Of a stretch of DNA of 28,658 nt, positions 1 through 8,530 are shown one piece after another. Source of the stretch: a virus (taxonomy: Duplodnaviria; Caudoviricetes). A program made the position numbers and the translations under genes. How positions within the stretch are numbered: the first letter of the stretch is position 1; every line of letters begins with the position of its first letter. Under the pieces are notes generated by a model. The model had not been told where the DNA came from and made no database searches. It saw only the letters and a program-made list of their open reading frames with translations. Location of the stretch: IMG/VR virus record IMGVR_UViG_3300039305_000010, positions 1 through 28,658 of that record. One strand, given 5' to 3'.

Positions 1-186
1 ATGCCTCCCGACGAGCTGAAGGCGGCCATGCTGAAGCTTGGATGCAGGACCCAGAACGAGCTTGCCGAAGCGATCGGCGTCAGCCGCTCCTCGGTGAGCC
101 TTTGGCTCGACGGCAAAGTCGGAGTACCCCGCCCCGTTGCGATGCTGATCCGGATGCTGGTGAACGCCCAGCGGCGGCCTTACTGA
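1..186 (+). CDS. XRE/Cro-type helix-turn-helix protein
   Basis: 61 aa with TQNELAEAIGVSRSSVSLWLDG HTH motif; convergent with the lysis cassette. Confidence 0.85.
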   Translation: MPPDELKAAMLKLGCRTQNELAEAIGVSRSSVSLWLDGKVGVPRPVAMLIRMLVNAQRRPY

Positions 187-722
187 CCGCCCTTTTCGTC
201 GGTTGTGTCGCGCTCGATTCCAAGCTGCCCAATCATCCAGTCCTGAAGCGCCTTTAGCCTCAAGGCGATTTCGGAGGCAGCGAGAGCATCTTCGGAAGGA
301 AGTCCGTCTTGACCGGCGGCACCATCAGATCGGGCGGAGGAACCGGAAAGGCCGGGCACTGCCTCGCCTCCGGAACTGCCGGAATTGGTCGGGGTCTTTC
401 CGAGCCGCACGCGCAGAGCGTCGTAGCGGCTGCGAAGATCGACAAGCTGGTCCTGATAGTCACGAGACACCTCCTCGGAGACAATGGTCTGGTCGCGCTC
501 CACGCGCCTTGCATGGGCAGCATCGTCGGCCCGGGCCTTCTCGGCCGCGGCCTTCACGTTGGTGATCGTCAGCCTGTGCGCAGCTTTCTCGTCGCGGGTC
601 TGCTGTCGGGATTCCTGGAGCTCGAATTTCAGTCCCCGCACGCGCAGTTCCTGAGCGCCGCAGGCAAGGACGAGGAGCGCGACCATCCCTTCCCGCCAGA
701 AGCGGAGCAACATCAGCGGCAT
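180..722 (-). CDS. Rz: Rz-like inner-membrane spanin
   Basis: N-terminal hydrophobic anchor, then coiled-coil; last gene of lysis cassette; contains an embedded lipoprotein ORF. Confidence 0.8.
   Translation of the reverse strand: MPLMLLRFWREGMVALLVLACGAQELRVRGLKFELQESRQQTRDEKAAHRLTITNVKAAAEKARADDAAHARRVERDQTIVSEEVSRDYQDQLVDLRSRYDALRVRLGKTPTNSGSSGGEAVPGLSGSSARSDGAAGQDGLPSEDALAASEIALRLKALQDWMIGQLGIERDTTDEKGGQ
260..463 (-). CDS. Rz1: Rz1-like outer-membrane spanin lipoprotein, embedded in Rz in another frame
   Basis: GTG at 463 preceded by GAGGAGG; signal TIRTSLSIFAAATTLCA-C (lipobox); Pro-rich mature part; 67 aa. Confidence 0.8.
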   Translation of the reverse strand: MTIRTSLSIFAAATTLCACGSERPRPIPAVPEARQCPAFPVPPPDLMVPPVKTDFLPKMLSLPPKSP

Positions 723-1273
723 GTTATGGTGTCCTTCACTGAGCGTCCGAGAGCGGTGCTGAGCTCGGAACTGGAGGCGTTGACGATCGCCGCCACCCTG
801 CCACTGCCGTCGATGATCGGCCCGCCCGACATCCCCGGGATCGCTCCACCGCGGAACCGCATCATTCCGCTATAGGACGTGCCCTCCACATCGGCCTCGG
901 TGCGGCTTTCAGCAAAGAGCCGGCTGTCCATGCGGTATCTGCCGCCGGCATAGCCGATGCCATGGTAGGTTCGCCCACGCTTCATCTCCTTGCAGAGCAG
1001 CGTCATTGGTTTGCCGATCGTGCCCCTGATCAGCGCATAATCGAGCGCATTGTCCTCGAGCCTGATTTCAAGCGGAACACCGTCAACCGAGCACGGGCCG
1101 TTACGGGTGACATGCGCAGCGCTCATCAGGACACGAGGAGCAATCTGGAACACCGTCCCCGATGCTCGTCCGCAGCGGATCAGCTTGATCGAGGAATAGG
1201 GCACCTTCTCCACCGGCACGGGCGCAGCAGAGGTCAGCGCCGCGAACGCGACGGGCAGTAGTGTTGCCTTCAT
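713..1273 (-). CDS. secreted trypsin-like (S1) serine protease
   Basis: Start MKATLLPVAFAALTSAA (signal peptide, RBS GGGGGA); catalytic motifs SAAHV, DYALI, GMSGGP; 186 aa. Confidence 0.85.
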   Translation of the reverse strand: MKATLLPVAFAALTSAAPVPVEKVPYSSIKLIRCGRASGTVFQIAPRVLMSAAHVTRNGPCSVDGVPLEIRLEDNALDYALIRGTIGKPMTLLCKEMKRGRTYHGIGYAGGRYRMDSRLFAESRTEADVEGTSYSGMMRFRGGAIPGMSGGPIIDGSGRVAAIVNASSSELSTALGRSVKDTITCR

Positions 1274-1289
1274 GATGAAGTCCCCCGGA

Positions 1290-1481
1290 CTATCGTGGCG
1301 GCGTGTTAGCCCATTGCTTGATGGCGTTGTCTGAGATCGAGATCCCGAACATGCCCATCGCCAGCGCAAACCACTTCCAGGGCTCGGGCATGACGGAAAT
1401 GGAGCCAATGATGCCGACCATGCCCATGTAGGTGGACGGCTCGAACATCCGGCGCTTGGCATATGCAATAAGCTTCTTCAT
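1290..1481 (-). CDS. small two-TM membrane protein, holin/pinholin candidate
   Basis: 63 aa MKKLIAYAKRRMFEPSTYMGMVGIIG...; ATGA overlap with lysozyme stop; two hydrophobic segments. Confidence 0.6.
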   Translation of the reverse strand: MKKLIAYAKRRMFEPSTYMGMVGIIGSISVMPEPWKWFALAMGMFGISISDNAIKQWANTPPR

Positions 1482-1963
1482 TCGATCCCCCGCAAACAGA
1501 GCGCAACCTCGGCCTTTCGCCGCCTTACGAGACCCGGCAGCAGCCGCCCGCCGGCGCGATTGAACAGCCCCAGCGCAGCGCACCCGCCGCGATAGTCTCC
1601 AGAGTTCAGCTTCCTCGCAGCCGTGCTGTTGCAGTAACGCGACACGCCGATGTTGAAGGTAAGCGAGGTGACGGCTGCGAATATCTCGGGTTTGTCGAGG
1701 ATCGTCGGAGTGCATCGTGCGGCTCCTTCGGCATGGTCCCTGAGATCGCCCTCAAGAAGCGCTTCGCACCGATCGTCGGAGAAGCGGGTGCCCACCTTCA
1801 TCGAACGGTCCATGTGGCCGTAACAGACGGTTGGGAGCTTGATCGGATCGAGGTAGACGCGGTTACGTTTCCCCTCGAAGTGCATCACCGTTGGTGCGGC
1901 AATGGCACAGGCAGCGGCAATCAGCACCGCAATGGGTGCCCTGCCCTTCTTCTGTTCGGTCAT
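1478..1963 (-). CDS. GH24 phage lysozyme, probable SAR endolysin
   Basis: E-x8-D-x5-T triad (FEGKRNRVYLDPIKLPT), YGH, FNIG, GLVRRRKAE; Ala-rich N-terminal SAR-like segment. Confidence 0.93.
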   Translation of the reverse strand: MTEQKKGRAPIAVLIAAACAIAAPTVMHFEGKRNRVYLDPIKLPTVCYGHMDRSMKVGTRFSDDRCEALLEGDLRDHAEGAARCTPTILDKPEIFAAVTSLTFNIGVSRYCNSTAARKLNSGDYRGGCAALGLFNRAGGRLLPGLVRRRKAEVALCLRGIE

Positions 1964-2196
1964 GTTCCCCCCGAAAGTTGAGTTGATCGCGCATCATCTC
2001 GCGTGCGCGGGCGCGCCCTGCTCAGCGGCAAGGCGAAGATCGGTCAGCCGTCATCCTGAATCGCTCAACGGGCCCTGCACCGCCGTGACGCGGTCGAGCT
2101 CCGGATCACCCTCTGCGCTTCATTGCGGTCAGATTGGCGCTGAGCTTTTTGCGTGCATGCCGGCGGCTACACGGAGAGGGATCATCAAAGCGTTTG

Positions 2197-2316
2197 TCAT
2201 GATCCCTCCTCATCAAGCTTGGTGAGCAATTCCAGCCACTCCGCCGGGATCTCCTCCTCCAAAACATGGCTGTAGACGAAGGCCAGGTTGCGGATGTCGC
2301 GGAGGGCCTCGTTCAT
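2197..2316 (-). CDS. NepR-like anti-sigma factor peptide (39 aa, not in ORF track)
   Basis: MNEALRDIRNLAFVYSHVLEEEIPAEWLELLTKLDEEGS resembles the NepR core L-x2-Y-x2-V-x2-E-x-[IV]-P-x4-LL-x2-LD; ATGA-coupled to upstream gene. Confidence 0.65.
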   Translation of the reverse strand: MNEALRDIRNLAFVYSHVLEEEIPAEWLELLTKLDEEGS

Positions 2317-2630
2317 GCCCCGAAGTGCCGAGCGATCAGGAGCGCAGAGCCGATGACGCCTCCGCCCGCGAGCCAGTGGACAGCCTTGGCACTGAGAGCC
2401 AGCCCCTGCCGTTCGCCCTTCTGGAAATAATCCCTCGCTTCCAGCACCTGGATCCGGTTGCCGTGCCCGTGCAGGCGCTCGTCGATCCGCTTCACCTCCG
2501 TGATCTGCCGCTCATTCAATGCGCGCATGTCTTCCTGGCCGCGCTGAAGGGCATCGCCGATCCGGTCGATCTTCCCTTCCATGCGAACGAGGCCGAGCTT
2601 CGCGTCACTGTCCATCCCTCCCTCCGGCAT
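2313..2630 (-). CDS. coiled-coil protein with C-terminal TM (holin/antiholin-like)
   Basis: Heptad-rich N-part, hydrophobic C-terminus WLAGGGVIGSALLIA; RBS GGAGGA; at head of lysis cassette. Confidence 0.6.
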   Translation of the reverse strand: MPEGGMDSDAKLGLVRMEGKIDRIGDALQRGQEDMRALNERQITEVKRIDERLHGHGNRIQVLEARDYFQKGERQGLALSAKAVHWLAGGGVIGSALLIARHFGA

Positions 2631-2809
2631 AAGTCCTCCCCGCCCAGCGCTCCGGTGGAAGCGTTTGGCTCGACTTTGATGTTTGTGATGAGCGCAGCGC
2701 GTGAAGGTTCAGATGGTGGACAGCCGCGGGCTATCGCGGCGTTGCTGCGTCGGCCGCCAGAGCCCTATTGATCTGCACCGTGAAGTCTCCGCCTTGGGAA
2801 CGAGGCTCG

Positions 2810-3094
2810 TCAGATGCTCCCCCGCAGAAATAGCTTGCTGATGTCGAACGGCTCCGGTTCCAGCGGCTTGTTGTAGCCTCCGCCTTCCCAGTCCACCTGG
2901 GGCCTCTTCTTGCGGAACAGGCTCTGGACAGCGTCACCCAGTCCGCGCAGGTCCGGGACCCGCCCCTCGACACCGTTGATCATGATGGACGCGACATCGC
3001 TGGGCAGCCCCATGCCGAGGATATCGTCCGATGACCGGGGCATCGGCATCAGCGGCTTTTTCTCGAATGATCTGAACAGGCTCACTGCATCCAC
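2810..3094 (-). CDS. hypothetical phage protein, possible small ejection protein
   Basis: 94 aa, overlaps upstream gene stop, in DNA-injection gene block. Confidence 0.5.
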   Translation of the reverse strand: MDAVSLFRSFEKKPLMPMPRSSDDILGMGLPSDVASIMINGVEGRVPDLRGLGDAVQSLFRKKRPQVDWEGGGYNKPLEPEPFDISKLFLRGSI

Positions 3095-4812
3095 CCCTCA
3101 ACCTTAGCGTAATCCACCGTCTGAATGCCGTTGATGATCGGACCAAGCGCCTCGGGCTGGATCTGCTCCACCTCATCCACCATGACGCCCGTGTGCAGCG
3201 GAACATCGTCTGCATCCCAAACATAGCGGTAGCAGTAGACGTTGAGGCCGTTCCGAAGTGCCCCCACCTTATTGATTCCTCTCTTTAGGTGGCGCTCGGA
3301 CGGCTTGACGAATTGAGATGCCACGCTTGCCGCTGCAAGCATCGAGTTGAACAGGCTCGGCTTGCCCTTCTCGACGGTCGTGCCCTTCATGTTGGTCGTG
3401 CCGGTGCCCTGCTGCCCCTGGAAGAGCTGGAACGGCGTTGCGCCGTAGAGCTGCCCCATCGCCTCGAGCTGTGCCAATTCCGCCATCCGCCGTTGCTGAT
3501 CGATCCCCCGCTCCTGCTCCCCGAGACTTGCCATGAGCTGGATCGCCGCCCGCTCATCCACACCATATTGCTGCATGATCTGCGAGATAAGCTGCGCCGA
3601 CTGCATCTGACGGGCGAGCGCGTCATCCTTCTGCCCCACGTTGAACTGCACCTGCTGCCAATCACGGTCTGCACCGTAGCGGGCCGCATCGGTGTCGGCG
3701 CCCCACTGAGCCGCCTTCCAATCGTTCGCGCGGCCTGCATAGTCGCTCTCGAACTGGTTCCTGACGTTGAAGAGGTCGCGAGCGGCAGCCGTTGAGCGAT
3801 CGGCATTCGCGCCCTGCCAGGAAGCGTCCATTCCAGCCTGGTCGCGGGTTCGACTGACCGCGTTGCCGACGTTGAATCGCTCCATGTCGTGGGAAAGGTC
3901 TGCGTTCTTCATGATGCCCTGATTGTCCCAATCGCTCAGGTATTTGCGAGCGCCGGTCATGGCGTCGGCATTGTAGCCGAGGTGCGACTGATCCATGCCG
4001 GCCTGTGAGAGGCCGCGCTGGAGCCAGTTGCCGGCGTTCGTCGTGTCGCCTGAGAGGAAGCGGTTCGCGTCAGCCATTCCAAGCCCGGCTGCGGTGTTGA
4101 AGGCGTCGGAGCGCAGCTTGGCGGCGGTAGATGCCCGTCCCCGTGCAAGCTCGCCTTCGGTCTGCGCTTCCTGGATGGCATAGCGCGAGCCGCTGAACGC
4201 CTTGTTTCCTGCTGCCTGTGCGGCCTGTCTTGCCCGGATCTGGCCGGCATTCTCGTCGAAGTCGGCAAGGGTCGTGTCCACCACGTCCCTCATATACGGG
4301 TCTTGATATGCGCCCATGAAAGAAGCGCCGGTGCGAGCACTCACCCGCTCGATGGGATCGATCACGGTGCGGTCCATCAGCGCAGGATCGTAGCCGCCAA
4401 AGCCGCCCACCTGGGACGCATTGCCCCTCTGGTCGCCGCCGATCTCCGTTCTGGCCGCAAGCGTGGGCTCGTAGCCGGAAGCGCCAGCCTTCAGGGGTCC
4501 GCCGATCCGACCGGGCGTATAGCCGAACTCGCCGGAGGCCAGGTTCGGGCCGGCAGCCCCTGCCTTGCGGGCAAGTCCCAGCGCCTCATCGTAGTTGCTT
4601 CCGAGCGCCCCTGCCCGCTCCCATGCCTGCTTCTGAAGTGGCGAAGCTCCAGCAATCATCTCGGAGGGGTCTTTGGCGCCCCACGCACCGATCCTGCCGA
4701 CGAGGCCCTGGATGGCGTCGGTGGTCCATTGCGGGTTCGTCGGGGTGACGGTCGAACTCTCGTTCTGCGTCTGATCCGTCTTGCTCGTCTTCTTTGACGT
4801 AGAAATGCCCAT
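3082..4812 (-). CDS. DNA-ejection/pilot-like protein with C-terminal peptidase S74 (intramolecular chaperone)-like domain
   Basis: Likely start MGISTSKK (4812, RBS GAGGGGG); Ala/Gly/Gln-rich body with YQDPY and AFSGSRYA motifs; C-terminal SERHLK...GLNVYCYRY...GVMVDEV...VDY. Confidence 0.75.
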   Translation of the reverse strand: MGISTSKKTSKTDQTQNESSTVTPTNPQWTTDAIQGLVGRIGAWGAKDPSEMIAGASPLQKQAWERAGALGSNYDEALGLARKAGAAGPNLASGEFGYTPGRIGGPLKAGASGYEPTLAARTEIGGDQRGNASQVGGFGGYDPALMDRTVIDPIERVSARTGASFMGAYQDPYMRDVVDTTLADFDENAGQIRARQAAQAAGNKAFSGSRYAIQEAQTEGELARGRASTAAKLRSDAFNTAAGLGMADANRFLSGDTTNAGNWLQRGLSQAGMDQSHLGYNADAMTGARKYLSDWDNQGIMKNADLSHDMERFNVGNAVSRTRDQAGMDASWQGANADRSTAAARDLFNVRNQFESDYAGRANDWKAAQWGADTDAARYGADRDWQQVQFNVGQKDDALARQMQSAQLISQIMQQYGVDERAAIQLMASLGEQERGIDQQRRMAELAQLEAMGQLYGATPFQLFQGQQGTGTTNMKGTTVEKGKPSLFNSMLAAASVASQFVKPSERHLKRGINKVGALRNGLNVYCYRYVWDADDVPLHTGVMVDEVEQIQPEALGPIINGIQTVDYAKVEGWMQ

Positions 4813-4829
4813 GGGCGTGTCCCCCTCGA

Positions 4830-5201
4830 TTAATATCTGGAGCTGAAAAGGCTCTGCCACTGGCCGGAGCGCATCCGCTCCATTGCTCGCCGTGCATCGT
4901 CGGCTTGTCGGTTGAACTCGGACTCCTGGGCCTGAAGGGCCGGGGCCGACATTCCGAACGGATCGTTGGACTGCGCAAACATGCTCACGGGCGCCTGTGC
5001 CGGCCGACCCGACTGCTGGTCCGAGACATTCGCGGTAGCCGGCAGAGGCGCCTCCATGCCCGGAGTGTTCGGCTTCCCGGCCCATGATATTGCCCCCGGA
5101 TTGGCTCGGAACAGGCTCTGCCGCTTGGCATTGCCGAGCCACGCATTGTCTTGAAACCCGCCGCCGCCGAAGCCTCCCGGCTTTTCTCCCCAAGGCGTCA
5201 T
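4830..5201 (-). CDS. hypothetical phage protein
   Basis: 123 aa, ATGA-coupled to upstream GNAT-like gene. Confidence 0.5.
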   Translation of the reverse strand: MTPWGEKPGGFGGGGFQDNAWLGNAKRQSLFRANPGAISWAGKPNTPGMEAPLPATANVSDQQSGRPAQAPVSMFAQSNDPFGMSAPALQAQESEFNRQADDARRAMERMRSGQWQSLFSSRY

Positions 5202-5590
5202 CGTAGATCCTTCCGAATGCTCAGTTGATATTGCTCATAACCACGGCTCTTGAGCCGCTTGGCCCAAACAGGGCGGGATGCGATCTCCGCCCAGCCGCAG
5301 CCCATCAGGCGGCCAAAGTCTTCGGCCTTCGGGATCAGCACGTCCTCGACTTCCTCACGCGCCCCGGGAAGCTCGATCGCCGCCCCTTCGCCGTGAAGCT
5401 CCCGCGCCCGGGTGGGGTAGGTCTTGATGCTGACGAGGATTGCGCTTCGCTCTCCAACCAAGGGACGAAACGCGCCCGAGAGAATTTGCCGGTCGAGCCA
5501 TTCGATCGAGTAGCAGCGCGGGTCCAGGAGGCGTTGGAACTGATCCCTGAAGCGAAGATACCCCGCCCAATCGGGCACCTCGAAGATCAA
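5198..5590 (-). CDS. GNAT-fold virion assembly protein (podoviral, after tail hub)
   Basis: 130 aa; IPKAEDFGRLMGC...SRPVWAKRLKSRGY pattern; position downstream of gp10-like gene. Confidence 0.6.
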   Translation of the reverse strand: MIFEVPDWAGYLRFRDQFQRLLDPRCYSIEWLDRQILSGAFRPLVGERSAILVSIKTYPTRARELHGEGAAIELPGAREEVEDVLIPKAEDFGRLMGCGWAEIASRPVWAKRLKSRGYEQYQLSIRKDLR

Positions 5591-7095
5591 CGCTTCCCCC
5601 GCGCCGTCACCTCGAATATCGGCTTGCCGAGACGAACGTAACTCGGATTGGAATTGCCCGAGAATTTGAGCGCAAAGACCGCCCCCGTTGCTCGGAAGTC
5701 CTTCTTTCCGCGCCCTTCCGCCAGCGTGTAGGGCCCGTGTGTCGTGACTGGGGCCTGCGGGTATTTGCGGGTTTCCACGGTAAGGCTGATCGACCCAACC
5801 TGGTCCTCGAAGTCGGGGTAGACGGTGCGGGTCATGAACTGCTCGCCGCCGTCCTGAATATACTGGTCGGCGGTCTTGATGGACCAGTCGAGCGCCGAGC
5901 CGTTCGCCGTTCCTCCGAGCTCGTGATAGAATATCTGCCCCGCGGGGCTGACCATGATCGGGTAACCGATCACCCCCGCGTCAATGGCAGCGGTGCGGCC
6001 GAAATTGCCCCGCGACCATGAGCCGTCCACCGTTGAAACAAAGAGCGAGCGGCTGTTCTCGTTTCCGTCCCTGCTGTCGGGATAATGCCACCATATTTCG
6101 CCGAACCGGGAGACCGAGCCGGCATAGATTTTGTCACCCTGTGCTTCGGCAAGATTGTCTGCGAAGTCCGAGCGGATCGGGCAGGTGATGATCTCCGGCG
6201 TCCCGCCCAGCGGCCAGACTCGAAACTGGAGGTCCGGTGCAATCCAGTAGGCGGTCTGGCCCACGATCGCGACCGCGTTGGGCCCGATCAGCCCCGAATT
6301 CTCCTCGATCCGATCGAAGCGCCAGGGATTGTTCGTGTCGCCGGTATATTGGCCGAAATAGACGCTGTTGTCGGTCCAGACCGCCACTCCGTTCCCGAAC
6401 CTTCGCCCGGCAACGATGCGCCCGCCGCCCTCGAGAATAACTTCGCCGGCATTGTTGGAGCTCGTGGTGGTCCAGGCCGTGATGTTCTCGATGTCCGAAA
6501 AGCGGATGCACATCGGATTGAAGGTTCCGCTCACCTCCTCGTTGCAGCCGAGCGCCATGAGCTGGCGGGTGAAAAGAACGAGCGCATAAGTAACTTGGGC
6601 AGGGGAATTCGTGACCTGAGCCGCGACAGCGGCCGTGTTGTTCAACCACTGGTAGATCTTGCCCAGGCGAGGATTGGCGATCAGCGTCTCGCCATAGGTG
6701 TCCAGCACCCAGGTGCGCGGATAATAGTTCGAGCGGGGCGTTCCGTAGGTGCCGGTGCCGTAAGTGTCCGCGCCATAGCCGGGGCCGCCAACGCCGTCTT
6801 CATTGCCCGCCGCCAGTCCGGCAGGAGTGATGTTCGCCAGCGTTCCGCCCTGATAGACGTAGAGACCCGAATGGGTTCCGAGCCCCAGCGTGATGTTGCC
6901 GTCATTGTCCGCCCAGGAGAGGAGGCCGCGGCACTTGCCGGCCACGGTATCGGATGTGACCGCATCCCATCCCCCGATCGTCTGAGGCCGCCCGCGCCAG
7001 AAGCGCATATTCGCAGCATCCTCATAGCGCCCGGTGGAGGAAAACGTCGTGTCGTCCGAAACAAGGCCGGGCGGAATGTCGAGTGCGGTCCTCAT
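5587..7095 (-). CDS. P22 gp10-like tail hub / packaged-DNA stabilization protein
   Basis: 502 aa beta-propeller-like; IRFSDIEN, GLIGPNAV, EIWWHYP motifs; RBS AGGAGG; synteny. Confidence 0.75.
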   Translation of the reverse strand: MRTALDIPPGLVSDDTTFSSTGRYEDAANMRFWRGRPQTIGGWDAVTSDTVAGKCRGLLSWADNDGNITLGLGTHSGLYVYQGGTLANITPAGLAAGNEDGVGGPGYGADTYGTGTYGTPRSNYYPRTWVLDTYGETLIANPRLGKIYQWLNNTAAVAAQVTNSPAQVTYALVLFTRQLMALGCNEEVSGTFNPMCIRFSDIENITAWTTTSSNNAGEVILEGGGRIVAGRRFGNGVAVWTDNSVYFGQYTGDTNNPWRFDRIEENSGLIGPNAVAIVGQTAYWIAPDLQFRVWPLGGTPEIITCPIRSDFADNLAEAQGDKIYAGSVSRFGEIWWHYPDSRDGNENSRSLFVSTVDGSWSRGNFGRTAAIDAGVIGYPIMVSPAGQIFYHELGGTANGSALDWSIKTADQYIQDGGEQFMTRTVYPDFEDQVGSISLTVETRKYPQAPVTTHGPYTLAEGRGKKDFRATGAVFALKFSGNSNPSYVRLGKPIFEVTARGKR

Positions 7096-7412
7096 GCTTC
7101 CTCCTGGTCATGCTTTGACTGCGCTCGCCTGCGCAGCTTGCGGACGCGGCCTGGCTGCGGTTCGTCGACAGGACGCCAGCCGGTGGGAATGTCCGCAAAA
7201 AGGTGTTCGGGCTACCGCAGATCATCGACAGGAGCGGTGAACGTGAGACTGTCGAACTCGGCCGCCTGGTCATGTTGTTCCGACGGTTCGCCGGGCGCAT
7301 CTTCGCATCGGAACCGCATTCCGCAATCTTGCATTTGCTCCGAGGTCGGGGGAGCCGTCCCGACCGATACCGCCGCCACGTCAGTCGTCCGGCGACGGCG
7401 GGGCGCCTCTCG

Positions 7413-7447
7413 GCGGCTCATTACGTCATGAGCCGCGTTTTCTGCTT
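7413..7447 (+). terminator. intrinsic terminator-like hairpin
   Basis: GCGGCTCAT-TACGTC-ATGAGCCGC perfect 9-bp stem followed by GTTTTCTGCTTT. Confidence 0.45.
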
Positions 7448-7531
7448 TACGACGCAATCTGTCGAAAGCTCAGCGTGCAGCGCCCGGGCGGGCCTGGGCT
7501 CATGCCCGTGGCTTGGGGCTTCTGTGCCGGA

Positions 7532-7655
7532 TTGAGCGGAGGCGCCGTCTGGCATATGTCGGGTCTGGAGGCCGAACGTCAGAAAGTCGCGTCCTGCGGG
7601 CCGCCGAGCTTCGGCTCGGCCACCGATGGGGAATTTCGCGCGCCCCCGGCCTCCA
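7532..7655 (+). ncRNA. candidate sRNA module 6 (promoter plus stem-loop)
   Basis: TTGAGC(7532)-N17-TATGTC(7555); stem TGGAGGCCG 7566-7574 / CGGCCTCCA 7647-7655; inner GCCGAGC-TTCG-GCTCGGC (cUUCGg tetraloop on + strand). Confidence 0.6.
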
Positions 7656-7820
7656 ACCTCACCACTTCGGCAGTCGATCCGTTCCTCACGGTAGGCAGAC
7701 TTGATCAGTGTCTCCCCCGTCCGTCATTTTCGGCGATGAAGCCGCTACGCGACAAGCCCGCGCGCGCCTGGCCCGAGCGGACCTAAGCCCATGTCCGTAG
7801 CTCGGGGTTTCTGCGCGGGA

Positions 7821-7939
7821 TTGAGCGGAGGCGTCGCCTGGCTTATATTCCGACTGGAGGCCGAACTGCGGAAAATCGTGCTACGCTGGGCGCTGTTTCA
7901 GTTGCCGATGGAGGGATGTCGCGCGTCCTCCCGGCCTCC
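7821..7939 (+). ncRNA. candidate sRNA module 5
   Basis: TTGAGC(7821)-N17-TATATT(7844); stem GGAGGCCG 7856-7863 / CGGCCTCC 7932-7939. Confidence 0.6.
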
Positions 7940-7953
7940 GAGGCCCAGGCTCA

Positions 7954-8070
7954 TTGCCTTCAAGCGCTGGTACCTCTAACCGTGGATGCCCGGCCAACCT
8001 GGGGATTTTGCAGCCTGGTTGATCAAGTCGGGGACGCTGCCCGTCCTACCGTCTCCGCGCCGGTGTTTTT
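7954..8070 (+). ncRNA. candidate sRNA module 4
   Basis: TTGCCT(7954)-N17-TAACCG(7977); short stems CCGGC/GCCGG, CAACC/GGTTG, GGGACG/CGTCCT; ends in T5 (8066-8070). Confidence 0.4.
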
Positions 8071-8076
8071 GACGAG

Positions 8077-8155
8077 CTAGTTGGGTTTGAACGCGGTCAA
8101 CAGCCAAGTCTTGGTTGCGCCATCGAAATCAACGCGCACCACCGCCCGTGCTTCA
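8077..8155 (-). pseudogene. orphan C-terminal tip of a phage BECR (PBECR1-like) nuclease domain
   Basis: Reads EARAVVRVDFDGATKTWLLTAFKPN*; AVVRxDxDGxxKTWLLTAF is a recognisable end of phage barnase/colicin E5-like domains; no start codon. Confidence 0.6.
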
Positions 8156-8258
8156 TTGACTTATTCCTGCGTCTTCGCTCTGTTAGCGCTGGAGCCCGCG
8201 GGGGCTGCATTCCGGTTTCGTCCGGGTGCAGACGTCTCGGACACCGATGCGGGCTCCA
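8156..8258 (+). ncRNA. candidate sRNA module 3 (homolog of module 1)
   Basis: TTGACT(8156)-N17-TCTGTT (degenerate -10); stem TGGAGCCCGC 8190-8199 / GCGGGCTCCA 8249-8258. Confidence 0.55.
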
Positions 8259-8430
8259 CCTCACTGCTTCAATCGTGTAGAGCGGGTTCGGCTCATTGGG
8301 CCGGTCGTTTCCTTGATTGTTAGCTTCACGTCCAATCGTCGCCCTTAAACATCATCGAGGCGATATAGCGGTGCACGGCCTTAACTGTCGGCTCCCCCCC
8401 CCCCCCCGGGTCGTCGATCCGTCTGGCCCT
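8190..8430 (-). pseudogene. diverged, frameshifted copy of the 3' end of the 8697-10799 gene (LPD3-like tip)
   Basis: Aligns to about 8709-8965 with mostly synonymous substitutions, three single-base homopolymer deletions and a C14 run (8394-8407). Confidence 0.85.
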
Positions 8431-8438
8431 CGTCTTCG

Positions 8439-8530
8439 TTGATTTGTGCTACTTACGGCGCTATGTTGGCTAGGGCTCCGGCAGTCCCAAGGCTTTTCCT
8501 CGGTCAAGCTGTCGGAGCTACCTTTTTTTT
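8439..8530 (+). ncRNA. candidate sRNA module 2
   Basis: TTGATT(8439)-N17-TATGTT(8462); stem GCTCCGGCAG 8475-8484 / CTGTCGGAGC 8509-8518 (one G.U on + strand); T8 tail 8523-8530. Confidence 0.6.

Larger units (their letters stand above)
7483..7939. repeat. two diverged direct repeats of about 170 bp (7483-7655, 7772-7939)
   Basis: Shared GGATTGAGCGGAGGCG...TGGAGGCCGAAC...CCGATGG...TCGCGCG...CCGGCCTCC; offset about 289 bp. Confidence 0.85.

Noticed and set aside
4813-5193. N-terminal extensions given by the ORF track (also to 1468, 1715, 13291, 17622, 25615, and 17411-17836)
   Set aside because: They overlap neighbouring real genes; better starts with RBS or translational coupling lie downstream.
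7115-7201. Possible additional sRNA module (TTGACT at 7115; TTGCGGAC/GTCCGCAA stem)
   Set aside because: No -10 at 17-bp spacing; may be a decayed module but is not supportable.
6085-7431. Long + strand ORFs (also 19658-20665, 22821-24239, 9718-10224)
   Set aside because: Antisense shadows of high-GC phage genes with no independent motifs.
8394-8407. C14 run as a phase-variation switch
   Set aside because: It lies in a startless, multiply frameshifted remnant; decay or sequencing artefact is more likely.
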